Shown piece by piece: positions 38,394-51,200 of a stretch of DNA of 64,000 nucleotides. The position numbers were made by a program, and so were the translations under genes. The stretch covers positions 1,184,001 to 1,248,000 of the forward strand of contig CM000150.2 of NCBI GenBank assembly GCA_000004695.1. Reading direction: 5' to 3'. The notes under the pieces are model-generated. The model did no database searches, had not been told where the DNA came from, and saw only the letters and a program-made list of their open reading frames with translations. This DNA comes from Dictyostelium discoideum (taxonomy: Eukaryota). Every line of letters begins with the position of its first letter. Position 1 is the stretch's first letter.

Positions 38394-40573
38394 ATCAACC
38401 ACCATCACCAAATAATAATAATAGAACAACAACAAAAAATAATGATATAAATGAATTAGATTCTTTATTAAATAATATGATGATGTCATCATCAGCATCA
38501 GCATCAACATCACCATCACCATCTTCTATATCATCAAATGGTAATAAGAGTGGTACTACTACTAATGATTATCATACTGGTAATGGTAGAACATCATCAT
38601 CATCACCACAATTTGGATTACAACATCAAAATTCAAGTAATAGTTTCCCATCATCACCAAATACAGTACCAAGTGTTGAGAGTAAACCAAGACAACCAGC
38701 ATCGGAATTGGATGATTTATTAGAGGAAATGATGAATCCATCATTTGGAAATAGAGCACGTAATAGTAGTGGTGGTGGCGGCGGTTTAACACCAATTGGA
38801 TCACCAATTACAAAAAGACCAACACCAACAATGCAATCATCAACAACAACAACAACATCATCTTCTTCATTACCATTACCAATGTCACCGTCAGTTTACT
38901 TATCACCAACTCGTGTAAGTGGCATTTGGTCAGGTGAGAGTGCAGGTGGTTGTGCTAATACAACATTATGGCGTAAAAATCCACAATATTTATTACAAAT
39001 TACAGCAACAACTACAATTCGTATAACATTACGTCAAACTGGTGATAAATTAGTTCATATTGGATTTTATTTCGCTCGTTCAAATACTGGTGCCAATGAT
39101 CAATTTAGACGTAGAATTACATTGACTAAAGAATATTTAGTACCAGGTCTTGATATCACCTTTTTAAAGAGTACTGAAGTTTCTGCGAAAATTACAATGG
39201 AACCAGGTTATTATGTTATCATTCCAGCAACATTTGAACCAAATCAAGAGGGTAGCTTTGAATTGGACGTCACCGCCACCTCTGATAATATCGGTGGTCA
39301 ATATAATAGTAATAACAACATCAAACTATCAGAGATAAAAGGTGATAGAGATTGGAGAATTATAAGTGACCGTTTCGAATGGAGAGGTTCAAGTGCAGGT
39401 GGCAGTTTTAGCGGCTCCTCTGCAACATGGAAAGATAATCCAAAATTCTTTTTCGAAACCACTCAAACTTCAAATACCACCATTGTGTTGGGCAAACTTT
39501 CAGATATTCCAAAGGAAACCTATATTGGGTTCTACATTTTCAAAGCGGATAAAAATTGTCCATTCATTTCACTTACAGCAAATAATCTCTACTCAAAGAC
39601 AAGCTTTGTCAATGGTATCGAGGTGGTTCACACTCAACAACAAATGCCACCCGGTTGTTATATCATTGTGCCTTGCACTTATGATTCACGTCAAGAGGGT
39701 AGTTTCACTTTGACTTGTTATTCAGATTGTCAACAAGGTTCAATCTATAAATTGGATCTTTCCGAACAGATTCTCACAGTACATGGTGAATGGAGAGGTG
39801 CAACAAGTGGTGGTTGTTTAAATCACACCACTTGGAGAAACAATGCTCAATATCTCATTCATAATACTTCCTCCTCACCAACAAAGGTAACGATAATGTT
39901 GGAACAATTGGAGAAGATGGATAATCAACAATTACCATTCGTTGGTTTCTATGTTGCAAAATCACCAACACCAAATTTAGATAAGAAACTTTTCTCTTTA
40001 ACTCCAAAAGATATCGTTGGAAATACAGAGTTTATCAATGATTATCAAGTTCATTTCACTTCAATTATGGAACCTAATACTTCCTACATCATTATACCCT
40101 CAACTTTTACACCAGGCATTGAGTATCCTTTCAATTTACGTGTTATTACCAATCAACATAATGTAATTCAAATATCACGTTTACCAGAATGGAGTACTCG
40201 TAAACTTTCTGGTGAATGGAGAGGTCAATCTTGTGGTGGTCGTTATTCAAATACTAGTTCAAGTTGGACACTAAATCCACGTTTTAGATTTAATTTACCA
40301 AGAGGTGGTCGTTTCACTATTATATTGGCTCAAGCTGAAAAACCATCCTATAATGGTATTGGTTTCTATTATTTTAAAACTTTACAAGATGGTACACTAA
40401 GAGAATTTGTTTGTAAAAGTGGTTTCATTTGTGGTAAAGAAATAGTTTTAGAAAGTTCAATCAATGAAGGTGTTACTGGTGTTGTAATTCCTTCAACTTT
40501 TGAACCAAATATTCAAGATTCTTTCAATTTAACAATTTATTCAGAATTTGATTTAGATTTTTATAATAATTAA
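36851..40573 (+). CDS. krsB: STE20-family MST/Hippo-like Ser/Thr kinase with four C-terminal calpain domain-III (CBSW) modules (1105 aa); exons 36851-37126, 37429-38112, 38216-40573
   Basis: The kinase domain LGRGSFGSVYKATYKKTGNIVAVKLVPINEDFQEILKEINIMKQCKSKYVVQYYGNYFKDETCW|IIMEYCAFGSVSD...[28 protein letters not shown]...[39 protein letters not shown] is collinear with human MST1/STK4. Four repeats of GEWRG-SAGGC-x-N-x3-W-x-NPQ(Y/F)...IGFY...(I/V)IP(A/S)TF(E/T)P follow. The gene symbol is assigned from memory of a Dictyostelium MST/Hippo kinase of 1105 aa and needs checking. Confidence 0.8.
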
Positions 40574-40599
40574 TAATTAATTAATTAATTAATTATTAT

Positions 40600-40649
<50 letters not shown>

Positions 40650-40651
40650 AT

Positions 40652-40684
<33 letters not shown>

Positions 40685-41199
40685 ATATAAAATAATAATA
40701 ATAAAAATATTGTACTATGATAAAAAAAAAAAAACAAAAATTATTTAATATAAATAATTATTTTAATATAAATAAAAAAAAAAACCCTCACCAATAAACA
40801 AATAAATATATAGTAAAGAAGATTTTTCAAAAAAAAAAATAAAAAAAAAAAAAAAATTAATAAAATTAAATCATTGTTGTGAAAAAAAAAATGAAAAAAA
40901 TAAAAAAAATAAAATGGGATGAAGTAAAAAAAAAAAAAAATGAAAATATTTTTATTTTTATGTCAATCAATTTTCTTTTTTTCTTATTTTTACGTTACCA
41001 ACAAAACAAATAAATTTACACATAACACATATACATATATTATATTTTAATATTAATGCATTAATTATAGAAATAATTTTATATTTTAATAATAGGAATT
41101 AGGATTTTTAAAATAATCATTACTTTAATTGACTAATGTACCAAAGAGTGAGTATATATTAAAAAATACTTTTTTAATCTATTCTATTTGTATATTATT

Positions 41200-41272
<73 letters not shown>

Positions 41273-41332
41273 CTAACAAATAATAATAATATTATTATTA
41301 ATATTATAGATAATAGATTTTCATAATAAATA

Positions 41333-41616
41333 ATGTCAAATAAATCTCATTTATCTGAAAAGGTTCAATTGAATGAATGGCTTCAAAAGAGGAAATTACC
41401 TCTATCCATTTATCATACTGAATATAAAGGATCTGAACATAACAAAGATTTTAAGGTATTAAGCAATAATGATAGTTAGTTATAATAATAATAATATTAA
41501 TAGCAAACACAATTAAATTATTAATACACCATTATATTTAATGTGACGCCATTACTATAATTTTATTATTATTGTAATTTAAATTATCATTATTATTATT
41601 TTTTTTTTACAAATAC

Positions 41617-41647
<31 letters not shown>

Positions 41648-41993
41648 GCATCTATATATTTTACTAATATACTGAAATCGATACACACCCTCTTTTTTTA
41701 TTTTTTTTATATTTTATTATTTTATTATTTTATTAAATAACTACGAATATTAAATAATAAAATAAACAAATAAAATAAAAAAAAAAAAAAAAAAAGTCAA
41801 TAGTTATAGTGAATGGAAAAGAAATTGAATCAGATTGGAAAAAAACTAAAAAAGAATCAGAAAAAGATTGTGCAAAGAGAATTTTAGAATTTTTAGTAAA
41901 GCTAGATGGTCACCCTGTTGAATTTACATTACCATCCAATAGAACAATAAACCAAAACCCCTGTTCTATTCTAAAAAATATAGACAATAACCG

Positions 41994-42074
<81 letters not shown>

Positions 42075-42125
42075 AATTATTATTATTAATGATAGTGATG
42101 ATGATGATAATAATAGTAACAATAT

Positions 42126-42215
<90 letters not shown>

Positions 42216-45200
42216 GCAACAGCAACAACTAATACAGTTCAATAGTGAAGATTTGGAATGTTTAAAAAAACCTATGCAAAATCCATTATCAAACACTCAA
42301 TTATTAAGTTCAAGTAGTGATGAAGAAGAAAACTCTAGTTCAGACCCAATAGATAGTTTTAGTTTCATTAGAAAAGATGATGTTTTGGCACCAACTTATG
42401 ACGGTCCATTAGTTTCAACTATTAAAGATAATAATCAAACATATAAATTACAATCAGTTGTAGATTTACTAAATAGTAAACTAGATATGATGGAGTCATC
42501 TTATCAAAATCAAATTAGTATCATGTTATATTCTCAACAAAAATTACAAAAAGAAGTAGCATCTTTTAAATCTTATATTGAGAGTTGTTCTCTAAAACCA
42601 TTTGGGACCCTTAAAATACCCGCCTCTGTAAATCAACCACAATTAAATACCACACCCAAACCAAACAATCAAATAATAGAAACAAATCAACAACCACCAC
42701 CACCACCACCACCACCACAAGATACCACTAAAAAGAAAAATTCATATGTAAATAAGAAATCCTTAAAAACCAATTCAGGAAAAACTGATGATTGTCATTC
42801 TTTTGAAACCTCTGATTCAGAAAATGATGGTATAGAGGAAAGCTCTACCACTAATCCTTTTTATTTTCAGAGTTACAACTCCTACACATCCACCTATCGT
42901 GATGATGATGACAATTATGACGATGACAATGACAATGACGACGATGACAATTATGACGATGATGACAGCACCACCACCACAACCACAAAAGCACTCAAAC
43001 GACGAGGTACAGATTCAAACTCAAATCTTACCGATTACGAAATTTATGATAAATCAAGTGATGATATCGACAATTATGATGACAGCTCAAAGGAATCTGA
43101 AATTGAAAAGAAAGCTAGAGGATTTTCTGATAGAGAAGTTATAAAAGACTCAATAAGAAAAAGAAGAAGAAAGAGATACCTCTACAAATCATCAGATGCT
43201 ACCACAGTGAATACCGTCAGATCCTCATATGAAGATTTAGCAACAACAAAAACAACAACAACAACAACAGAAATACCCTCTACAAATCAATTCTCCACAT
43301 ATTTCAATAATAGTCAAAACGGTCACAACAAATTTGTACAAACAAATTTTGATTTCAAAAAAATAGAACTTTCTGTCGTATCTGATGTGGTACCAGATTT
43401 CATTTCATTTTATGTTTATGATGTTGTCATTTCTCATCCATTTCATGTAAGTCATTGTTATTATTATTATTATTATTATTATATTTATTTATTAATATTA
43501 AATTTGAATATATTAATTTTTTTTTTTTTTATTTTTTTTTATTTTACAGGCACATACATATTCACATAGAGGTAAAAAATATTCATTTTCAAACTTTTTA
43601 TTATATTCAAGTGAACAACCATTACCAACAACAACGACAACACCACCAGTTATACATACTCTAAATTCAGTTGGTGATCATTTTGGTGTAGGATTAATTA
43701 AAAGAAGTTATTGTAGAATTAGTAAAAGTGATTTTCAAAAGATGATAACATTTCATAATTGTTTCTTTTCACAAATTCTAGGTCAAAAATATTTAGAGCA
43801 TTCTGATCACATTGATAGAATGTTTATGATACCAGAAGTAAAAAGTTTATCAAATCCAACTCTATCACTATTTGATACTTTGTTGGAGTTATTAGAATTT
43901 GATGGGTTACCAGATGATTATGATCTATTTCAAGGTGATGATTTAGATTTTCAAAAAATCATGGATAACCTTTTCACTGGAAAGGTAACAGTATCTAGAT
44001 CCAATCATTTTGCAATCTGTAGAAGTGTAGACTTTCAATCATTATCTGAAATTACAATGTCACAAAAACGTCAAGATATTCATAATTTAAATCATTTTAA
44101 AAATATGTTAAATAAATTAAATTTTTATAAAAATCAAAATGAAATTCAAGAAAATCAAGAAAATCAAGAAAATCAAGAAAATCAAGAAAATCAAGAAAAT
44201 GAATATGAATATGAAAATGATTATGAATATGAATATGAAAATGAAAATGAAAATGAAAATGAAAATGAAAATGAAAATGAAAATGAAAATGAAATTGAAA
44301 TTGAAAATGAAAATGTAAATGAATATGAAAATGAATATGAAAATGAATATGAAAATGAAAATGAAATTCAAATTGAAAATGAAAATGAATATGAATATGA
44401 AAACGAATATGAATATGAAAACGAAAATGAAGGTAAAGAAAAAGAAATACAAGATTTATTAATGATTGATTTAAAAAAAGAGAATATTGATAGTGATGAA
44501 AGTGAACATAGCTTTAATTATATTAGTGATCTTAATAATGATTATAGTGATAGTTATGATGATAATAATAATAATGAATTTGAAAATAATATAAAAATTA
44601 AAAATGTATCACTTCCACCATTAGTTTGTTCTCATGCATGTGCTAGAACTAATGAAGATTATTGGAGATTAAAATGTATTTTATTTTTTGATGAAAATGA
44701 TCAAGTCGAAAAACCTTTAGATTGGAAAGTTTATCAACAAAGTAACCCAAGTTTTAAAGAAATCAATTTAGTTACATTTTTAAAATATTATAAACATTTT
44801 CAAAAGGATCCATTAACTGTTAGAGTATTAGGTATAACGGATTTTATTCATTCATATGCAAAGGTTGCAATTTTACCCTTTTTTTCAGAAATGGAATGGT
44901 CTTTGAGAGTGGCACATTTCAATAGTAAAGTGACATGTTTAAAATCGGCAAAGATTTTAAGAGAGGTATTCACCCATCCCTCAACTAAAACCATTCCAAA
45001 GAGAACACTGACCCAATTGGGTATCTTTGGCAAATATCAGCCTTATTTGGGCGACAATCAAAGGTTGGAGTTTTTAGGCGACTCAGTTTTAAAGTTGGTC
45101 AGTACTATATACCTCTTTTTCAAGTATCCCAAAATGAGTGAAGGTTTCTTGTCACAAACTAGAAGTGATTTCACAAAGAATGATCATTTACTCGACGTTT

Positions 45201-45934
45201 CAAAACGTCTTGGATTAGAAGAAATCTTACGTTTCACAACAGAGGAAGAATTTAGGAAACCACAAGCCGATGTAATTGAAGCATTAATAGGTGCTGTCTA
45301 TATTGATCGTGGTTTCTTTGAAGCCTATAAACTAACAGTTTGTTGGATTTTTGATGAACCCGATGCCGAATATCCAATTTATAATACAAAATTTGAAGAA
45401 ACTTTGGCCCACCAAGAGATACGTGCTTTTTTAGATGGAATTGGTGTACATATTAGTCATTCATCATTGTTGGAGGAGGCACTCTGCTTTCCCTATTCGT
45501 TTCATTCTGCCTCAAAATCTTACCAACGTTTAGAGTATGTGGGTGATGCAGTTTTAGATTTCTTTGTATCGGATTTCCTTTATGCCACCTTTCCTTTGGC
45601 TCAAGAAGGTCAATTAACAGATTACCGTTCTCGTTTAGTTAGAAACTCCAATCTATCATCAATTAGTAGAAAACTTTGTTTACCTCCTACTGTATCAAAA
45701 GGAATTCGTGATACATTACCAATAAAAAAACTAGGTGATTATTTGGAATCTTTTATTGGTTGTTGTTTTGTTGATACCACTCAATCATTTGAATATACAA
45801 AATCTTTGGTTTATAAGTATTTGGATTTAAGAATTGATAATCCATTATTTGAATTTCCTTCACGTTCTGCCTACTTGTCTATTCATTTAAGATCAGATAG
45901 TGAAGATGATTTAAAATTCTCTGAAACTGATTAA
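41333..45934 (+). CDS. Dicer-like RNase III (drnA/drnB class): N-terminal dsRBD, long low-complexity linker, two RNase III catalytic domains; exons 41333-41455, 41797-43446, 43550-45934 (~1385 aa)
   Basis: The dsRBD is split by intron 1: MSNKSHLSEKVQLNEWLQKRKLPLSIYHTEYKGSEHNKDFK|SIVIVNGKEIESDWKKTKKESEKDCAKRILEFL. RNase IIIa is QRLEFLGDSVLKLVSTIYLF...EALIGAVYID. RNase IIIb is QRLEYVGDAVLDFFVSDFLYATFP...LGDYLESFIGCCFVD. No helicase or PAZ segment is present. The linker is Asn/Gln/Asp-rich with a (GAAAAT/GAATAT)n hexamer block at 44139-44440. Confidence 0.8.
44139..44440 (+). repeat. (GAAAAT)/(GAATAT)/(GAAAATCAA) hexamer-family coding repeat in Dicer-like linker (ENQ / ENEYEN)
   Basis: Same hexamer family as the tails of the 23-30 kb paralogues. 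Confidence 0.85.
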
Positions 45935-46143
45935 CCTGTATTTTTTAATTTAAAATAAATAAATAAAAAAATAAAAATTACAAAAAAAATAAATAAATAA
46001 CCAAAATTAATTGATTTTATTTGAAATTTTCTATTTACAAAAAAGGGTTTTGATTTATTTTTTTTTTATTTTCTTAAAAATTGTACAATTTGTATATTTC
46101 TGTACAATTTTTAAAAATCTTTATATATTATATAGGTATTATT

Positions 46144-47512
46144 CTAATAAATTGGAAAACTATCATCTATAGATTCATTCCAACCTAATAATCCATCTTT
46201 AATATGTAAAAGTTTAAATTTATCTCTAAATTCTTTTAATTTTTCATCTAAAATCTTTACAGCATCTTGTGATTTATTTCCTCTTCTACAAACTAAATAA
46301 ACTGATAATTCATCACTGGCGTCTCTATTTTCGTTATTATTATTATTATTATTGTTATTTTCAACTTTTTCTTTAATTAATTTTTCAATAATTTCAATTG
46401 ATTCTTTTTTATCAATTTCTTCAATTGGAATATCTTTTTTTAAAAAAAAAATATATTAATAAACTTTTCTAAAAACTTTGTTTTTTTTTTTTTTTTTTTC
46501 CAAAAAAAAAATATTTAAACTTACTATTTGAATTTGGTAATGAACAAATATCAAATTGAATTTTTGGTCTAACATCAATTAATAAATGATTATTATTATT
46601 ATTTTTAATTGATTGATTAAATTGTTCAACAGTAATTATTAAAGTTTTATCAACTCTATCATCAACTTTACCAGCTGATTCAGAATAATTACTTTGACAA
46701 AATTGAGTGTAATCAATTAATTGAGTTACTGTTGGTTTATCACCACAAACATTACAACCAGATTGTTTACCTCTAATTCTAACAGTTCTAAATACAGCTG
46801 ACATACCATCATAAATTAATAAACGACCAGATAATACACCCTCTTTATTATTAGTGAGTATTTTAATGACTTCCAATGCTTGTAAACTACCAATTACGCC
46901 AACGATTGGACCTAGTACACCACCATCGGAGCATTTTGTAACGGTTTCGACTGGTGGTGGTGTTGGGAATATACAACGATAGCATGGTCCGTTATTGTAA
47001 TTGTAACAGGTTATTTGGCCCTCCCATTTCAATGCGCTGCCACTTACCAATGGTTTGCCAGTCAATACACATGCATCATTTACTAAATATCTAGTTGCGA
47101 CATTATCAGATGCGTCTACTACTATATCATAGTTTTTGATTATCTCCATCGCCGTTTCGGATGTGAATGTTGTTTCGTATGTATTTACTTTAATTAAACT
47201 ATTAAGTTCAGAAATTGTTTTCGATAATGAAACTGCTTTTGAAATACCTTTACTTGATTCACGATGTCCAATTTGTCTATGAAGATTTGAAATTTCAACT
47301 GTATCATAATCAACCAATCCTAATGTACCAATACCTGCTGATGATAAATATAATGCAACTGGACAACCTAATCCTCCTGCTCCAATAATCAATACTGATG
47401 AATTGCATAATGACATTTGACCACTAACTCCAATATCTGGTGTAATTAATTGTCTTCCATATCTTTCAATTTCATTTGGTTTTAATGTATGTTCTTTAAT
47501 ATATTTTTCCAT
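46144..47512 (-). CDS. mocs3: Adenylyltransferase and sulfurtransferase MOCS3/Uba4 (ThiF/E1-like domain + C-terminal rhodanese), 2 exons: 47512-46525 and 46433-46144 (~425 aa)
   Basis: YGRQLITPDIGVSGQMSLCNSSVLIIGAGGLGCPVALYLSSAGIGTLGLVDYDTVEISNLHRQ and CYRC / CNVCG zinc motifs. The rhodanese part HLLIDVRPKIQFDICSLPNSN|IPIEE...VYLVCRRGNKSQDAVKIL is split by a phase-1 intron (GTAAGT..AAAAAG). Confidence 0.85.
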
Positions 47513-47734
47513 TTTTTTTTCTAAAATAAATAAATAAATAAACAAATAAATAAATAAATAAATAATTCGTTTTTTTTTTTTTTTTCAAGTTTTTTTTATA
47601 AAAAATAAAAAAAAAAAAAAAAAAAAAATTTAAAAATATCAAAAAAAAATTTTCAAAAAAAAAAAAAAAAAAAAAAAAAAAGGTTTTCTTTTCCTTTTTT
47701 AGTTAAATCCTCAATTTAAGTTTGACAAATTTTG

Positions 47735-47778
<44 letters not shown>

Positions 47779-48233
47779 GATTTAAAAGTAATAAAAAATG
47801 AAAACGTGTTTATTTTGTGTAAATAAAGAGGAGTGTGAGTATTATAAATAAATTAAATAAATAGTAATAATTTTTTCAATTTCATATTAATTTATTTATA
47901 TTATTTGACTATTTGTGCAAACAAAAAAGAAACACGTCTCCATAGTTTCATTTAAAATAAAAAATTTAAAAAAAAAAAATATAAAAAAAAAAAAAACTTT
48001 TTTTTGAAAATCAAAAACTTTTTTTTTTTTTAATTTTTTTTTTTTTTTTTTTTCATTTTAATTTTTAAAAATTTTTTTTTTTAATTTCATATATAGTCAT
48101 CACTTTACATCTCTCATTATTAATTCTACCTTATAATAAATATTAAATTATAGTAATAAAAGAGAATTAATAAATTGTGTATTTGTTTGTGGGTGTATAT
48201 GTGTAATTTTATATATTAAAAAAAAAAAAAAAA

Positions 48234-51200
48234 ATGTTATACAAATTCGAAACAAAAGCAAGTAGAGTAAAAGGATTAAGTTTTCATCCAACTCGTCCAT
48301 GGATTTTAGCAAGTTTACATTCTGGTTCAATTCATTTATATGATTATCGTATTAAAACATTATTAGAGAAATTTGATGAACATGAAGGTAAATTAAATTT
48401 TACAAATATATATATTTTGTATAATACTAACATTTTTAATTATTTATTATTTTTTTTTTTTTTTTTAATTATTATAGGTCCAGTTAGAGGTATTAATTTT
48501 CATATGACACAACCATTATTTGTATCAGGTGGTGATGATTATAAAATTAAAGTTTGGAATTATAAACAACGTAGATGTTTATTCACATTAAAAGGACATA
48601 AAGATTATATTAGAAGTGTTGAATTTCATAGAGAAGCACCATGGATAGTAAGTTCAAGTGATGATATGGTAATTCGTATTTGGAATTGGCAATCACGTAC
48701 ATGTATAGCAGAATTGAATGGTCATAATCATTATGTTATGAGTGCATTATTTCATCCAAAGGATGATTTAGTAGTTTCAGCATCATTGGATCAAACCATT
48801 CGTATTTGGGATATCTCTGGATTGAAAAAGAAAATGACCACCGTTAAACCATATAGAGAGAATGATCCAATGCGTTTACAAGATGAATTATTTGGAACTG
48901 ATATATCGGTTAGATTATCATTGGAAGGTCATGATCGTGGTGTAAATTGGGCAAGTTTCCATCCAACCCAACCATATATCGTATCGGCATCAGACGATCA
49001 TCAAGTTAAATTATGGCGTATGAATGACCCAATCGTAGATACATTCCGTGGTCATTACAATAATGTATCATGTGCACTCTTTCATCCTCGTCAAGATTTA
49101 ATCATTTCCAATAGTGAGGATAAGACCATTCGTGTTTGGGATATTATAAAGAAATCTACCGTTCATATGATTCGTCGTGATCATGACCGTTTCTGGACTT
49201 TGGCATCTCATCCAAATCAAAATTTATTCGCTGCTGGTCACGATAGTGGTATGATTGTTTTCAAGTTGGAGAGAGAACGTCCATTGTTTGTTCAAAATGG
49301 TGATAGTGGTGTTTTCTTTTTAAAGAAGAAAAATTTCAACTCTTTTGATTTCCAAGCTGGTCGTACTGTTTCATTATTCCATATCTCCAAATTACCATCA
49401 AACAATGGTACTCAAACCATGTCTTACAATCAAACTGAAAGAGCAATTCTCGTCTCATCAGATGCTGAAGGTGGTTCTTATCATCTTTACAAGATTCCAC
49501 CAAAAGATAGTAACACTGTAAACACAAAGAAAGGTACTGGTGTTGCTGCAATTTTCGTTGGTCGTGATCGTTTCGCCGTTTTAGATAAAGGTAACAATGT
49601 TGTCATTAGAGATTTAGAGAATGAAGAGATTAAACGTTGTCAAATTCCATTCACTATCGATTGGATTTATCCATCTGGTTCACCTGGTACCATTTTAATT
49701 CAATCTGAAGATAAAATCCATATGTTTGATATTCAACAAAAGAAGATGCTCTGTGAAATTCAAGTACATGGTGTAAGATATGTAATTTGGAGTAAGGATA
49801 GAAATTATGTTGCCTTTTTAACACGTGATTTCATCGTTTTAGCCAATAAGAAACTTGAACAAATTTGTATGATTCATGAAACTGTACTTCCAAAGAGTGG
49901 TGTTTGGGATGATAATGGTGTTTTCATCTATAGCACTTCAAATCATTTGAAATATCTCTTACAAAATGGTGACAATGGTACAATTAGAACTTTGGAATCA
50001 ACAATCTATATCACTGGTGTAAAGAATAATAAAGTATTTGCAATTGACCGTGAATTTAAAAATCGTATCATTGAAATCGATACCACAGAATATGTTCTCA
50101 AATTATCATTACTTCAACAAAATTATAATCAAGTTATGACAATCCTCAGAGAGAATCGTTTGGTTGGTAAAGCTATCATTGCTTATCTTCAAAAGAAAGG
50201 TTATCCAGATGTAGTTCACTTTGTTAAGGATGATCGTACTCGTTTCAATTTAGCATTGGATGCTGGTAATATCGATATTGCTCTCTCTAGTGCAAAGATT
50301 TTAGATGATAAAGATTGTTGGAATCGTTTAGGTGTAGAAGCCCTAAAACAAGGTAATTATCAAGTGGTTGAAATGGCCTACTCTCGTACAAGTGAATTTG
50401 ATCGTCTTAGTTTCCTCTATCTATTGGTTGGTAATTTAAGTACCCTCAAAAAGATGATTTCTTATGAATCTAGTGATATCATGAGCAGATTCCATTTCTC
50501 ATTATATTTAGGTGACGTAGAAGAAAGAATTAAAATTCTTCAAGAGGCAGGTCTTCATCAATTGGCTTATATTACAGCTTCTATTCATGGTTTAACTGAA
50601 AAGGCTGAGTCCATTGGTAATTTAATCACTTCCGATGGAAAATCTCAATTACCACAATTACCAAAACAATCTTATCTCTTGGTACCACCTTCACCAATCA
50701 ATTGTAATCCAAATGAATTAAATTGGCCATTACTTACAACTACAAAATCAGTTTCTGATGTTATGGGTGAAAATAGATTTGGTGTTGAACAATCAACTTC
50801 AACTCCAACAGGTGATTGGGAAAGTGATGAAGATATTTTCAGTGAAGGTAAATCACAACAACAATCATCACAACAACAACAACAACAACAACAAAAAGGT
50901 GATTGGGAAGAAGATATTTTAATTGGAGATGGTAATAATGGTGGTGGTGATGATGGTGGTTGGGAACGTGATGATTTGAAAGGTTTAGAAAAAATTGGTA
51001 CAGATGGATTTAATAATAAACAAAATGATCATGTTGCATTATTTGTACCACCACAACCAGGTCCATCATTCTCAATGATTTGGGCAAGAAATTCACAATT
51101 TGCAGTTGATCATATTGCAGCAGGTAGTTTTGAAAGTGCAATGAATATTTTAAATAGTCAAATTGGTGCAGTCAATTTCGATCCAATCAAATCAATGTTT

